Positions 49,149 through 59,119 are shown, counted from the stretch's first letter. The stretch is DNA of 64,000 bases from Candidatus Gottesmanbacteria bacterium RIFCSPHIGHO2_01_FULL_40_15 (GCA_001779115.1 MFJF01000005.1:142888-206887), one strand, 5' to 3'. Notes: generated from the sequence alone by a model not told the origin. Numbers and translations: made by a program.

Positions 49149-49234
49149 TTTTAACGGATTTTTATTATTACAGCGGGATGTAAGAATGTTTTAAAAATAG
49201 GATAAGGAATATTAAGGGTTATTGCATTTTTGAA

Positions 49235-50260
49235 TTAATTCCAATATTTCCAGGTATTGTATTTTTCTTTAAGCATATCTTCACCCACACCGACCATCTG
49301 CAATCCTTTCAGATTATTGAAACCGATATCCAATAGTTTAGCCGCCCAGAGATCCCTTTTAAGAACCGAAGGAGCACCAAGGACTACCGTAAGCAGTTTA
49401 ACACCGTTCCTTCGGGCGAGCACTACAGTTGTTTTACCGGCCTTATCAGTATTGCCGATTTTTACACCCTGGACTTCGGGATATACCCCCAATAAACCAT
49501 TCCAATTATAAAGATCATATTGTTTATGATTTTTATTTTTGGGAAGTAACTGATAATCTTTTTTTACAATTGCAGCTATAAGGGGATATTTAGTCAAAGC
49601 ATAGCGGGAAAGCAAGATCATATCAGCTGAGGATGAATAATTATCAGGACCGTCAAAACCCTGCGGATTATCAAAACTGGTGTTTAGCAACCCTAAGAAT
49701 TTGGCTTTATTATTCATGGCTTTGATAAAAACCGGAGATCCGTATTTGGAATCTATCCCTTCCTTAATCATTTCGGCGACATCATTGGCACTGGTTAAAA
49801 GGAGAGCATCCAATAATTCTTCCAAAGTCAATTTTTGTCCCGGAATAATTCCGATTTTTGTCGGTACCGCTTTAGAAGCTTTAACTGAAACAGTAAATAT
49901 TTCATCGGATTGCGCCAAATCCAAAGCAACAACAGCCGTCATTATTTTTGTCAATGACGCAATCGGTAATGGAATATTTATATTCTTGCTTTTTATTACA
50001 TCACCACTGTCAAAATCAACTACGGCGTAAGCTGAAGCCTGCTGATAAACTTCATTGTCTGCTGCCGTTTGTTGACTATCCAGTTTATTAAGCTGATATT
50101 GGTAATTTTTTATTTCCAACTTGGGGTTAACCGCTCTCATGACATCAGCGTTATAGGAAATTTCACTCAGAATAACATGGCGGCCAATTTTTCCGTTGAA
50201 AAAGACAGTTAGAAGGATTAAAATAACGGCTGAAATATTTAATTTTATCTTGGCTTTCAT
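49235..50260 (-). CDS. D-alanyl-D-alanine carboxypeptidase (peptidase S11)
   Basis: ASLTK, SAN, KIG (KTG-like). Confidence 0.93.
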   Translation of the reverse strand: MKAKIKLNISAVILILLTVFFNGKIGRHVILSEISYNADVMRAVNPKLEIKNYQYQLNKLDSQQTAADNEVYQQASAYAVVDFDSGDVIKSKNINIPLPIASLTKIMTAVVALDLAQSDEIFTVSVKASKAVPTKIGIIPGQKLTLEELLDALLLTSANDVAEMIKEGIDSKYGSPVFIKAMNNKAKFLGLLNTSFDNPQGFDGPDNYSSSADMILLSRYALTKYPLIAAIVKKDYQLLPKNKNHKQYDLYNWNGLLGVYPEVQGVKIGNTDKAGKTTVVLARRNGVKLLTVVLGAPSVLKRDLWAAKLLDIGFNNLKGLQMVGVGEDMLKEKYNTWKYWN

Positions 50261-50290
50261 GAATTTTGAGATTTATCCGATTTGAACATA

Positions 50291-51649
50291 CTACCTAATT
50301 GCTGATGTTATTTCCCCCCCATCAGCAATTTTTACACCGAATTTATCCCTTAATCCTTTCCATAAATCATCACCGTCTTCAAAACCCAAAGCCCAAACTC
50401 CGACCCCCATCAAGTTTTTATCAAGGGCAAAATCATATTTAAGCGATAAGGAAGCTTCATCTTCAATAAAAACCATCCGGTACACACCTTCGTTTTTTTG
50501 GTAATAAGATCTGAAGCCAACCTGGCCGAATTCATCCCATCCGGTTTTATAATCGGAAAGTCCGGTATTGTCCGGTTTTATAAAACTTGAAACAATCGAG
50601 TGGGTTTGGGCGGGTTTTGGCAGGGATACAAACCTTCTGTAAAATTTCCGTCCGACTCTTTTTGAAACGTAGTAACCGTTGTTAACCGATGCTTTAATCT
50701 GCGGACTTTTTACGGGATAATTATAACCGTACCAAGGTAAGCCTAATATTAATTTCTCAGGCGGCATTTCAGCCAGAAAATCGGTAACAGCCGTTGAAAT
50801 GTCATACCAATATACTCCTTCCTTATGACCATATAATGGAGCTGTCGGCATTGCTTCTTTTGACGATGAGGTGGCAAAATCATAGGCCATCATAAATATT
50901 CCGTCCGTGTATTTCGAAAGGGATCCGATATCGTAAAGTTTGGGATCTTTAGCGGATGAAGCATAGACTGAAACAGTGACATAAGGATCAGACAGCCAAG
51001 AGTGAAACACTTCGGAAAATCTCTTAACGAACCGGCTAAATTTATTCCGGTAATTTGGACCGGGATTTCCCAGATATTCAAAATCTAAATTAATTCCGTC
51101 AATACCTCTCCGGCCCACCTCCCAAACCGCCTGCGCGATTGCTTTTTCCTGAGCTTTATTGTTATCCAGAAAAGCTTCAATCGTCGAATTGTCCATTTGA
51201 GTCAAAGTCAAGACAACCTTAGTTCCTGACTGATGAGCTTTGTTGAAAATTTCGGAAGCCTCATTACTTTTAAAGACTTTATAAGATTGGTTATCGCGGT
51301 TTAAGTTTCCGTTGTCATTAACTTCAATACCGAAATAGGCAAAGGTGGTCAGTACATTAAAATCTATATTTTTTAACTTTTCTCCGAATACCCAATAAGG
51401 AGCAAACCCGAAAATTTCATTTTGACGGGGGGGAGTTTTTTTTACCTCACCGGAAAAAAAAGTTACGGGAGAGATAATATCTAACTTAATATTTTCAGGA
51501 ATCAGAAAACCGGTCAGGAACAGAGCTGCGATAATGAAAGCAGGAAGCTTTTTAATTTTTTCGATTTTTAATAAAAACGATTTTTGCGCGAAAAAGCCGA
51601 TAATTCTTTTCAACTGGGGTATAAAAATTGTCATTGGCAGAAGTGACAA
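50291..51649 (-). CDS. Glycoside hydrolase family 18
   Basis: DGINLDFEY (DxxDxE), MAYDF, KLILGLPWYG, GVGVWALG. Confidence 0.92.
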   Translation of the reverse strand: MSLLPMTIFIPQLKRIIGFFAQKSFLLKIEKIKKLPAFIIAALFLTGFLIPENIKLDIISPVTFFSGEVKKTPPRQNEIFGFAPYWVFGEKLKNIDFNVLTTFAYFGIEVNDNGNLNRDNQSYKVFKSNEASEIFNKAHQSGTKVVLTLTQMDNSTIEAFLDNNKAQEKAIAQAVWEVGRRGIDGINLDFEYLGNPGPNYRNKFSRFVKRFSEVFHSWLSDPYVTVSVYASSAKDPKLYDIGSLSKYTDGIFMMAYDFATSSSKEAMPTAPLYGHKEGVYWYDISTAVTDFLAEMPPEKLILGLPWYGYNYPVKSPQIKASVNNGYYVSKRVGRKFYRRFVSLPKPAQTHSIVSSFIKPDNTGLSDYKTGWDEFGQVGFRSYYQKNEGVYRMVFIEDEASLSLKYDFALDKNLMGVGVWALGFEDGDDLWKGLRDKFGVKIADGGEITSAIR

Positions 51650-51758
51650 AGAAGTGACAATATACCAATCAAAAAAATAAAAGTCAAGAGGTAATTTTTT
51701 AAAAAAACAAGTTTAATGTGTAAGAGAAATGTAAAAATGAGAATCCGCTGGAAAAAGA

Positions 51759-52133
51759 TTAATTGACTTTTTTAGGGCGAAGATGTTTTTTGACAGTTTG
51801 AACCAAATGTTCTATTTCGAATGGTTTTGCGATAAAACCGTCGGCTCCGGACTGCACGGCAATTTGCCTGCCCCGGTTATTAGCGGAAATCAGTATAATC
51901 GGTATTCCGGCTATTTTACTGTCAGATTTAAATTGCTTGGTTATTTGCTCTCCATCCAAACCGGCTAACCAAATATCCAAAAGTATAAGATCGGGTTTTT
52001 GGGTATTTATTTTATTAAGAAGGTCACGCCCGTCTGAGATAATTGTTATTTTATAACCGCTTTCTTCTAAAATTATTTTCAAGACATCCAAGATCGCTTC
52101 ATCATCGTCGACAACAAAAATATGTTTTTTCAT
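51759..52133 (-). CDS. Single-domain response regulator
   Basis: VDDD, LLDIWL, KPF. Confidence 0.93.
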   Translation of the reverse strand: MKKHIFVVDDDEAILDVLKIILEESGYKITIISDGRDLLNKINTQKPDLILLDIWLAGLDGEQITKQFKSDSKIAGIPIILISANNRGRQIAVQSGADGFIAKPFEIEHLVQTVKKHLRPKKVN

Positions 52134-52335
52134 TTACTGTTTAATTTAACTTTTTCTAACTTTGATTACAAGTCCAATTACAAAACGCTTCCGTATAGTC
52201 ACAGGAGGCTATCCGAAAGCGTTATAGAGTTATTTGAGAGGATAGCTTAAACTTATCACCCTCAGAGGGTAAATAATAGAATTAATTTATCAAATGATTT
52301 CCGAGTATTAAATAAGAACAGCGTAAGAAATAATA

Positions 52336-52779
52336 TTAAATGACTACAATTATACCGGTCTTTTCCGGATTTAGATGATTATGATAGCCCCATACCCCGC
52401 TTGAATCAAAGGTAAAATAATAACTTTCTCCCCGTGTCGTACCTTCTTTCATTGCAAATCCGGGATACTGGTCGTGTTGCGGGTGGGGATCTGAGGCCAC
52501 CAACATCATTTCACCAGACCGGTTTTCAAAAAAAACACTGTCACCTTTTTTAACAGTTACTATCGCCGGGTCAAAGCCGTTATCCGTCATAATTACCCTA
52601 ACGGCATCAGACTGATTTTTGCTGTTTTGGATTTCACCCGGTGCTCCCCCAACCGGCGCTTTGAGAGCATCGGACACATCCGCTCCATTTCTGTCATTAA
52701 TAGCGGTATACGCCAAAAATAATATTCCACTAACAATAACAATACCAATAAAAATAAATTCAATCCGCCTTTTTTTCAT
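52336..52779 (-). CDS. Membrane-anchored cupredoxin-fold protein
   Basis: GFDPAIVTVKKGDSV, ASDPHPQH, WGYHNHL..GIIVV. Confidence 0.8.
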   Translation of the reverse strand: MKKRRIEFIFIGIVIVSGILFLAYTAINDRNGADVSDALKAPVGGAPGEIQNSKNQSDAVRVIMTDNGFDPAIVTVKKGDSVFFENRSGEMMLVASDPHPQHDQYPGFAMKEGTTRGESYYFTFDSSGVWGYHNHLNPEKTGIIVVI

Positions 52780-53013
52780 AGGATAAAACCTGTAATAAAC
52801 CCAAATAAATCAGAACAGAAGATAATATGAGATTGACATTAATAATTTTTGGAGGAATAAGAAGCTTATCATCCCTATTATTAACAAGCTTATCGGATTA
52901 ACAATAATTTTATCGGAATTTTTCATTTTAACTAGAGAAGGATTATTGAAAAATACTTTTAACCGTAATATATTTTTGGGTTATAAAAATGTAAGAATAA
53001 ACCGACGACTGAG

Positions 53014-53334
53014 TCAGTGAAGGGTAATCCCCGACATATGCAAAATAAGCCCGATTATCAGAAGAATAATTATCAGATTGGAAAGACCAGTAATGGCAAT
53101 TACTCCCAATATCGCCAAAAGCCATAAAACAAGAAGCACCATACCGATACCCCGCAGGGGAGAAGGTAAAACACCTATCACCCAGATAAAAACCGAAAGA
53201 AGCAAAAGGTCCAAAAACGAAACCGGATTACGGTTAATAAAAAAAAGCGCCCGATGAAGAATTGAAAATGACGGAATAGATATTATACCGGCTAACCAAA
53301 ATACTACCAGTAAAATTACTATTAAAGTAATCAT
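53014..53334 (-). CDS. Small hydrophobic membrane protein
   Basis: 106 aa, about 4 TM segments. Confidence 0.7.
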   Translation of the reverse strand: MITLIVILLVVFWLAGIISIPSFSILHRALFFINRNPVSFLDLLLLSVFIWVIGVLPSPLRGIGMVLLVLWLLAILGVIAITGLSNLIIILLIIGLILHMSGITLH

Positions 53335-53384
53335 TCCATTTTATTTTAATACCGGTACACTGTATACTTCAATACCATAAATAA

Positions 53385-54155
53385 ATGAATCTCCTGCAAA
53401 TAATTACCCTGTCAATTGTTGAAGGTGTGACCGAATTTCTACCGATATCCTCAACCGGCCATCTGATACTGGTTTCCGGCCTTTTAAAAATAATCCAATC
53501 GGACTTTGTAAAGACCTTTCAGATTTTTATTCAGGCGGGAGCAATTTTGGCAGTGTTAACACTTTACTTTAATACTTTAAGGAGAAACCGGAGAATCTTA
53601 TTTAAAATTTTTATTTCTTTTCTGCCGGCAGCATTAACGGGTTTAATTTTTTACCGGTTTATAAAGACTTACTTATTGGGAAATCAGTCCGTCACCATAG
53701 CGTCACTTATTACCGGCGGAATAATAATTATCACGATTGAAAAATTACTTAAAAATAATAACGGAAAAGTCAGCGATCTTAATCATATCGGTTTTTTCCG
53801 AGCTTTTATTATCGGTCTATTTCAATCAACATCAATTATTCCCGGAGTATCCAGAGCGGCAGCCAGCATTATAGGGGGACTGGCCGTCGGATTAAACAGG
53901 GAAACTGCCACAGTTTATTCATTTCTTTTAGCAATTCCGACAATTTCCGCAGCAACATTATATGATTTATATAAAGAAAAGTTTATTTTTTCAATTGAAG
54001 AAATGGCAATTCTGGCAACAGGAGTAATATTTTCTTTTTTCTCAGCCCTTATAACTGTCAAATTTTTAATCAAGTTTACGGCTAAACATTCATTTACGGC
54101 TTTTGGCGTTTACCGGATTATTATCGGATTACTGTTTTTGTTTCTGCTTTATTAA
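53385..54155 (+). CDS. uppP: Undecaprenyl-diphosphate phosphatase
   Basis: EGVTEFLPISSTGH, PGVSR, SFLLAIP, FGVYR. Confidence 0.96.
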   Translation: MNLLQIITLSIVEGVTEFLPISSTGHLILVSGLLKIIQSDFVKTFQIFIQAGAILAVLTLYFNTLRRNRRILFKIFISFLPAALTGLIFYRFIKTYLLGNQSVTIASLITGGIIIITIEKLLKNNNGKVSDLNHIGFFRAFIIGLFQSTSIIPGVSRAAASIIGGLAVGLNRETATVYSFLLAIPTISAATLYDLYKEKFIFSIEEMAILATGVIFSFFSALITVKFLIKFTAKHSFTAFGVYRIIIGLLFLFLLY

Positions 54156-54166
54156 TTTTTTGTTGA

Positions 54167-54808
54167 CTAATCCCTGCTTCTGATAAGAAAGACTTTTCCC
54201 TTTATTACCGTTATAGTGCAAATATTTCTGTTAATTTCGTTGCTTATTCCCCTTGTTTCGCTGCGTTTAATTTTTTTACCGGTCAGGTTATACCGACAAC
54301 CTTCAATTGTAAGAATTGCCGAGGAAGTAAAAGGGATTACTGACAAATACTTGTAATAGGCGGATTTTAAAACTGAAATTTTTTTATCAATAAGACTTAC
54401 TTCATTGTATTCATCTTTTATTACGGCAGGAATTCCGGCTTTTAAGAATAAATCCAGTAATTGCACCGTTGCCATTGAATGATCCAACCGGCTGCCTGTT
54501 CCCGACAGGATTACGACTTTGCGGGGCACCAATTTTATTGCTTCCAATATGGCCAGATGCATATCGGTGAAATCTTTTTTTTCAGGATATAACTTTACTT
54601 CCGGAACTTTTTCTTTTATTTCCTTTAATGTAACAAGGGAAGGCGAGTCAAAATCTCCAACAGCCAAATGCGGTATTATTCCCAGATTAATTAATTTTGC
54701 AGCAGCCGAATCAACAGCAATTATAAAATCTGAACTCTTAATTTCAAAAATGAGACGTTTGGTAAAAAATCCTCCGCCGATAATAACCAGTGTTTTTATC
54801 CGGCTCAT
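54167..54808 (-). CDS. thiN: Thiamine diphosphokinase
   Basis: AVDSA, GDFDS, KDFTD, GSRLDH, GISNE. Confidence 0.93.
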   Translation of the reverse strand: MSRIKTLVIIGGGFFTKRLIFEIKSSDFIIAVDSAAAKLINLGIIPHLAVGDFDSPSLVTLKEIKEKVPEVKLYPEKKDFTDMHLAILEAIKLVPRKVVILSGTGSRLDHSMATVQLLDLFLKAGIPAVIKDEYNEVSLIDKKISVLKSAYYKYLSVIPFTSSAILTIEGCRYNLTGKKIKRSETRGISNEINRNICTITVIKGKVFLIRSRD

Positions 54809-54821
54809 TTATTTAAGTTTA

Positions 54822-57005
54822 TCAGATAGCGGAAGGAACTGCAGGCTTATTCGAAAAGGGAATAGTGAAACTGAAAACAGAACCTTTACCCTTTCGGCTT
54901 TTTAAGCTAAATTGCCCGCCGTGCCTCTCAATTATTTCTCTGGAAATATAAAGGCCGATTCCCAAACCCGGATTATGTTCAATCGGGGATGTACCGACTC
55001 GGAAAAATCTTTCGAATATTTGTCCGTGATGTTCTCTATCGATTCCGATTCCGAAATCAGTCACTGCAATATATGCTTTTTCGCGAGCTGATTTGAGAGT
55101 GATAATTATTTTATCTTTTCCGGGGCTGAATTTAACCGCATTTTGAATTAAATTAGTCAAAACCTGGTTGATCCGGAAAGGATCACCATAAATTTGCCTG
55201 TTTATTTTTCCGCGAACTTCAATATTATGGCTGTTATGCAATATACTCATATCCGATTTCAACTCTTGAATCAACTTACTAAGATCGAATTTTTCAAATT
55301 CAAATTCCAATTTCCCATGCTGAATTTTTGATATCTCGAGAAGATCATTTACCAATAACTTTAACTTATCCACCTGTTTAATCATTTTAGGAAAATAATT
55401 ATGTGTTGACTTATCCTGATTTTTATTGAATTTTTTATTTAACAATTCCAGATAAATTATCAGACTGGTTAAGGGTGTTTTTAATTCATGAGAGGCTATG
55501 GAGATAAAATCATCCCTAAGAGTAACCGCTTTTTCAAGTTTTACAAATAGATCGGCATTTCTGATTGCCAAACTGATAATATTGACTAATTCTCCCATCA
55601 TAACCAAATGATTATGCGTTAAAGGTTTTCTGGATTCGTCTGTTAACAGGGAAATCCTTCCGGTTGTTTTACCATTTGTTCTGATCGGAAAAATTATGGC
55701 TGAAGTAAAACCGAATTTATTAATCTCATGTCTTAACTGACCATCTTTAATCATTTTATCAATTTCATCTTTTTTTATTTCCGGATAAAAAACCGGCTGC
55801 CCGGAAAATAGGGCTTTTCTGACCGAATCCGGAGTGATGTCAAACGAGGAGTATTTTTTTCTGAACTTTCTGGCCAATCTGATTTTTTCAGATTTTTTAT
55901 GCTCGAGAGCAACTTCCTCCGCTTGTCCGCCGGGAGTGTAAAGTTCTACTGAAAACCAGTCGGAAACATTGTCCACAGCCAGCCGGGCTATTTTTTTGAT
56001 ATTATTCCGGAAATCGGGTGATGAGATTAATATTTTACCGGCCTTAATCAGGAATTGGAGATTTCTTTCATATTGTTTTTTTTCAGTAATATCCCGGGAA
56101 ATTACCGATATACCGATGTTTTTACCGATTTGATTTTTATCGGGCGTCAGGGAGATTAAAACATCAAATAACTGATCACCTTTCCGGCAATGCTGAAACT
56201 CAATCCAGGGAAAAGATTTTCCTTTTATAACTGTTTTTAAAAGCTTATTCCATTGGGTTCTCATACCTATAGGAATAACAGATATCACCGGCTTTCCGAT
56301 CATTTCAAAATCCTTATAGCCGTAAAGAAACTGCGCCCCTTTATTCCAATCGGAAATTATACCCTTATTATCGATGTTATAAACGGCATATTCGGTCGAA
56401 TTTATTAAGATGTTTTGCATTTTAAGTTCCTGTTCAAGTATTTTTTGAGAAGTAACATCCTGAACTGTGCCTAATATTTTTATGGCTTTTCCATTTTTAG
56501 CCTTTACCACTCTGCCTTTGCCGTTTATTGTCCTGACAGTACCATCAGTTCTTACAATATGGTGATAATAATCAAAAGGTTGACCGGATTTTTTGGAATA
56601 TAGAATGATTCTTTTTATTCTGTTTCTGTCTATAGGGTGAATTAATATTAGAAAATCCTTCATAGCACCGGAAAAGTTTTCAGCCGTTATACTGAAGATT
56701 TTAAAAAGTTCAGAGGAACATATTAATCTGTTACTTGATAAATTCCATTCCCAATTGCCGATATAGGCAATATTTTGCGCATCTTTTAATTTGATATTAA
56801 CGCTTTCAATTTCATTTATTTTTTCACGGATAGCCTCCTGCATTATCCGGACTCCGGCAAATGTTTCGCTGAACGGTGTTTCAACTTTTGTCACGGGCAC
56901 ATTTTGAGAAAAGTCTCCCACAGCGGCTTTAACGAATATTTTTCTTAATTTCGACAGCTCACGACTGAAATCCGCTTTATTGGGTTTTAATTTTTTCTTC
57001 TTCAT
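54822..57005 (-). CDS. Cytoplasmic PAS-PAS-GAF histidine kinase
   Basis: GNWEW PAS_3, second PAS, GAF, SHELKTPL, NAVK, DFGIG, GLGIGL; no TM. Confidence 0.93.
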   Translation of the reverse strand: MKKKKLKPNKADFSRELSKLRKIFVKAAVGDFSQNVPVTKVETPFSETFAGVRIMQEAIREKINEIESVNIKLKDAQNIAYIGNWEWNLSSNRLICSSELFKIFSITAENFSGAMKDFLILIHPIDRNRIKRIILYSKKSGQPFDYYHHIVRTDGTVRTINGKGRVVKAKNGKAIKILGTVQDVTSQKILEQELKMQNILINSTEYAVYNIDNKGIISDWNKGAQFLYGYKDFEMIGKPVISVIPIGMRTQWNKLLKTVIKGKSFPWIEFQHCRKGDQLFDVLISLTPDKNQIGKNIGISVISRDITEKKQYERNLQFLIKAGKILISSPDFRNNIKKIARLAVDNVSDWFSVELYTPGGQAEEVALEHKKSEKIRLARKFRKKYSSFDITPDSVRKALFSGQPVFYPEIKKDEIDKMIKDGQLRHEINKFGFTSAIIFPIRTNGKTTGRISLLTDESRKPLTHNHLVMMGELVNIISLAIRNADLFVKLEKAVTLRDDFISIASHELKTPLTSLIIYLELLNKKFNKNQDKSTHNYFPKMIKQVDKLKLLVNDLLEISKIQHGKLEFEFEKFDLSKLIQELKSDMSILHNSHNIEVRGKINRQIYGDPFRINQVLTNLIQNAVKFSPGKDKIIITLKSAREKAYIAVTDFGIGIDREHHGQIFERFFRVGTSPIEHNPGLGIGLYISREIIERHGGQFSLKSRKGKGSVFSFTIPFSNKPAVPSAI

Positions 57006-57017
57006 GTTTTTGAAAAC

Positions 57018-57380
57018 TTATTCCTTTAACCAGTCGATTGCATCTGAACGATTCCGGAAAATTGACATCTTATCTGATTTTCCCGCCGCGTAAAACATAA
57101 ATCTGGCTAAATGCATATAAAAAGTGTTGGCGCCGTATATGGCTATTTTTCTGAATGATATTCTTTTTAAAGCGTCAACAGTAATTTTTCTTGATCCGGC
57201 TGTTGATTTTCTCAGTTTTTTTAAATTAACGATTATATTTATCGGGATTTTCTTTTTATCCAATACGGTAATTAAAATATTCATTTGTTTAATCATAACA
57301 GCGGTCATTTCAGGATTTTGAATCCCGCGGTAAATTACGTTTATAAAATCGTTTTTGTCCTTAAAAACGCGGTTATACAT
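57018..57380 (-). CDS. STAS/SEC14 (SpoIIAA-like) domain protein
   Basis: IIVNL, KIAIYG, FRNRSDAIDWL; directly upstream of the kinase. Confidence 0.75.
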   Translation of the reverse strand: MYNRVFKDKNDFINVIYRGIQNPEMTAVMIKQMNILITVLDKKKIPINIIVNLKKLRKSTAGSRKITVDALKRISFRKIAIYGANTFYMHLARFMFYAAGKSDKMSIFRNRSDAIDWLKE

Positions 57381-57624
57381 TTCTGAAATAATAAAAAATG
57401 TTTTTCACGGAATTATTTTTCCAATGCTAAAGAATAATTGTAAGATAAAGGTAAGTATTTATGCCCCATAAAAAATAAATTGATCACTCTTCAATAACTC
57501 TTACTGATGTCTTAATTTCCTTTCACCCCGAATAATTATTCTTAACCTTCTGCTTTAATTTAAACCCGCCGCCTCATTTCAGAATAATCAGAAATTAAAT
57601 ATAAAATTTTATAAAATCATTAAT

Positions 57625-58032
57625 TTGAATATTGTATTGGATACAAATATATTTATCGCCGCCGGATTCAGACAAAGCAATGGAGCAGCCAGAATTTTTG
57701 ATATGGTCCACGACGGCAAACTGAAGTTTATCTGGAATGGAGAAATAAGAAACGAAATTGTGGGAACGATAAATAAAATTCCCGGTTTTCCGGGTGAAAA
57801 ATTTTTAAGATTGTTCAGAAAAGAAAATGAATTTAAAGGTAAGACTTTTCCGGAAAAATATACACTTGTTTCCGATCCCTCAGACAGAAAATTTATCGCT
57901 CTTGCCAAAGAAGTAAAAGCAATTCTTATAACAAATGATGATCATCTGCTTTCCAAAAGGCTTGATTTACAGGCAAAAATAATGTCGTCAAAAGAATTTA
58001 TTATATTTTTTTCCAATACCAATAACGGTTAA
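57625..58032 (+). CDS. PIN domain protein (PIN_3 type)
   Basis: IVLDTNIF, DPSDRKF, LITNDDHLL. Confidence 0.88.
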   Translation: MNIVLDTNIFIAAGFRQSNGAARIFDMVHDGKLKFIWNGEIRNEIVGTINKIPGFPGEKFLRLFRKENEFKGKTFPEKYTLVSDPSDRKFIALAKEVKAILITNDDHLLSKRLDLQAKIMSSKEFIIFFSNTNNG

Positions 58033-58045
58033 ATTCAGAAGAATA

Positions 58046-58603
58046 ATGAAAATTAACAAAAATCAAAAAGCTACATTTGCGGGAGGCTGTTTCTGGTGTA
58101 CCGAAGCTATTTTTAACAGGTTAAAAGGAGTAATATCAGTCACATCCGGTTATTCCGGAGGAAAAGAAATTAAACCTGACTATGAGAAAGTGTTATCCGG
58201 TGAAACCGGCCATGCTGAGGCGATACAAATTGTTTTTAATCCTGAAGAAATTTCTTACAGAGATCTGGTAAATTTATTTTTCCAAATCCATGATCCGACA
58301 CAGTTAAACAGACAGGGGGCAGATATCGGATCCCAATACCGCAGTGTTATTTTTTTTCATAATAATGAACAAAAAAATACCGCACTTTATGAGAAGGAAG
58401 AGTTTATTAAGACGGGAATGTATCAAAAAGAAATAGTCACGGAAATAGTTCCATATGATAATTTTTATAAAGCCGAAGAATATCACCAGAATTATTATGA
58501 AAAGAATCCGCAAGCGCAATATTGCCGGCTAATTATAAATCCCAAACTGCAAAAGCTTTACCGCCGGCATTCAAAATATACCAGGGAAATTAAAAATAGT
58601 TAA
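58046..58603 (+). CDS. msrA: Peptide methionine sulfoxide reductase A
   Basis: GGCFW, GHAE, HDPT, QYRS, AEEYHQNY. Confidence 0.97.
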   Translation: MKINKNQKATFAGGCFWCTEAIFNRLKGVISVTSGYSGGKEIKPDYEKVLSGETGHAEAIQIVFNPEEISYRDLVNLFFQIHDPTQLNRQGADIGSQYRSVIFFHNNEQKNTALYEKEEFIKTGMYQKEIVTEIVPYDNFYKAEEYHQNYYEKNPQAQYCRLIINPKLQKLYRRHSKYTREIKNS

Positions 58604-58634
58604 AGACTTATAAAGTCAGTACCCATCTGGTCCC

Positions 58635-59108
58635 TCAGAATTTCCGGGAAATGTAAACACCAATCAAATGGGAAAGTAATATTACGATGACGGCAATCGA
58701 AATATGCTCCATAATCACAAATCCGGGAGATTCTTTTTTATGCCGGGCTATCAAATAACTGAAAAAAGTGAGGATCGTAATGCCCCAGATTATACTGAAA
58801 ATGATGGCCTGAGATAAATCAAGCAAAATTACCGGAATTATAAATGTTACGGTAATGAAAAATTTGGCAAGCCAGGCTGATATTGTTGATTCCCAAATAT
58901 CCCTGAAAGTACTGCCAGGCCGGGCTTCCTGGGAAATATGGATACCAAGAGCATCTGAAAAAGCATCGGCAACGGCGATGGTCAGAATTCCGCCGATAAC
59001 CGGCAACCTGGAGTGGGTACCGGCATTTAAACCGACAATCAAACCCAGTGTAGTTATTATACCGGAAGTCAATCCGAAGCTGAGACCGGTTTGGAAAGAC
59101 AGTCGCAT
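58635..59108 (-). CDS. VIT1/CCC1-like membrane protein
   Basis: FGLTSGIITTLG, ADAFSDALGIHISQE. Confidence 0.8.
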   Translation of the reverse strand: MRLSFQTGLSFGLTSGIITTLGLIVGLNAGTHSRLPVIGGILTIAVADAFSDALGIHISQEARPGSTFRDIWESTISAWLAKFFITVTFIIPVILLDLSQAIIFSIIWGITILTFFSYLIARHKKESPGFVIMEHISIAVIVILLSHLIGVYISRKF

Positions 59109-59119
59109 AGTTTATAATT

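Noticed and set aside
52184-52270. CsrA-binding (GGA) sRNA on the + strand
   Set aside because: Only two GGA motifs and no + strand promoter or terminator seen.
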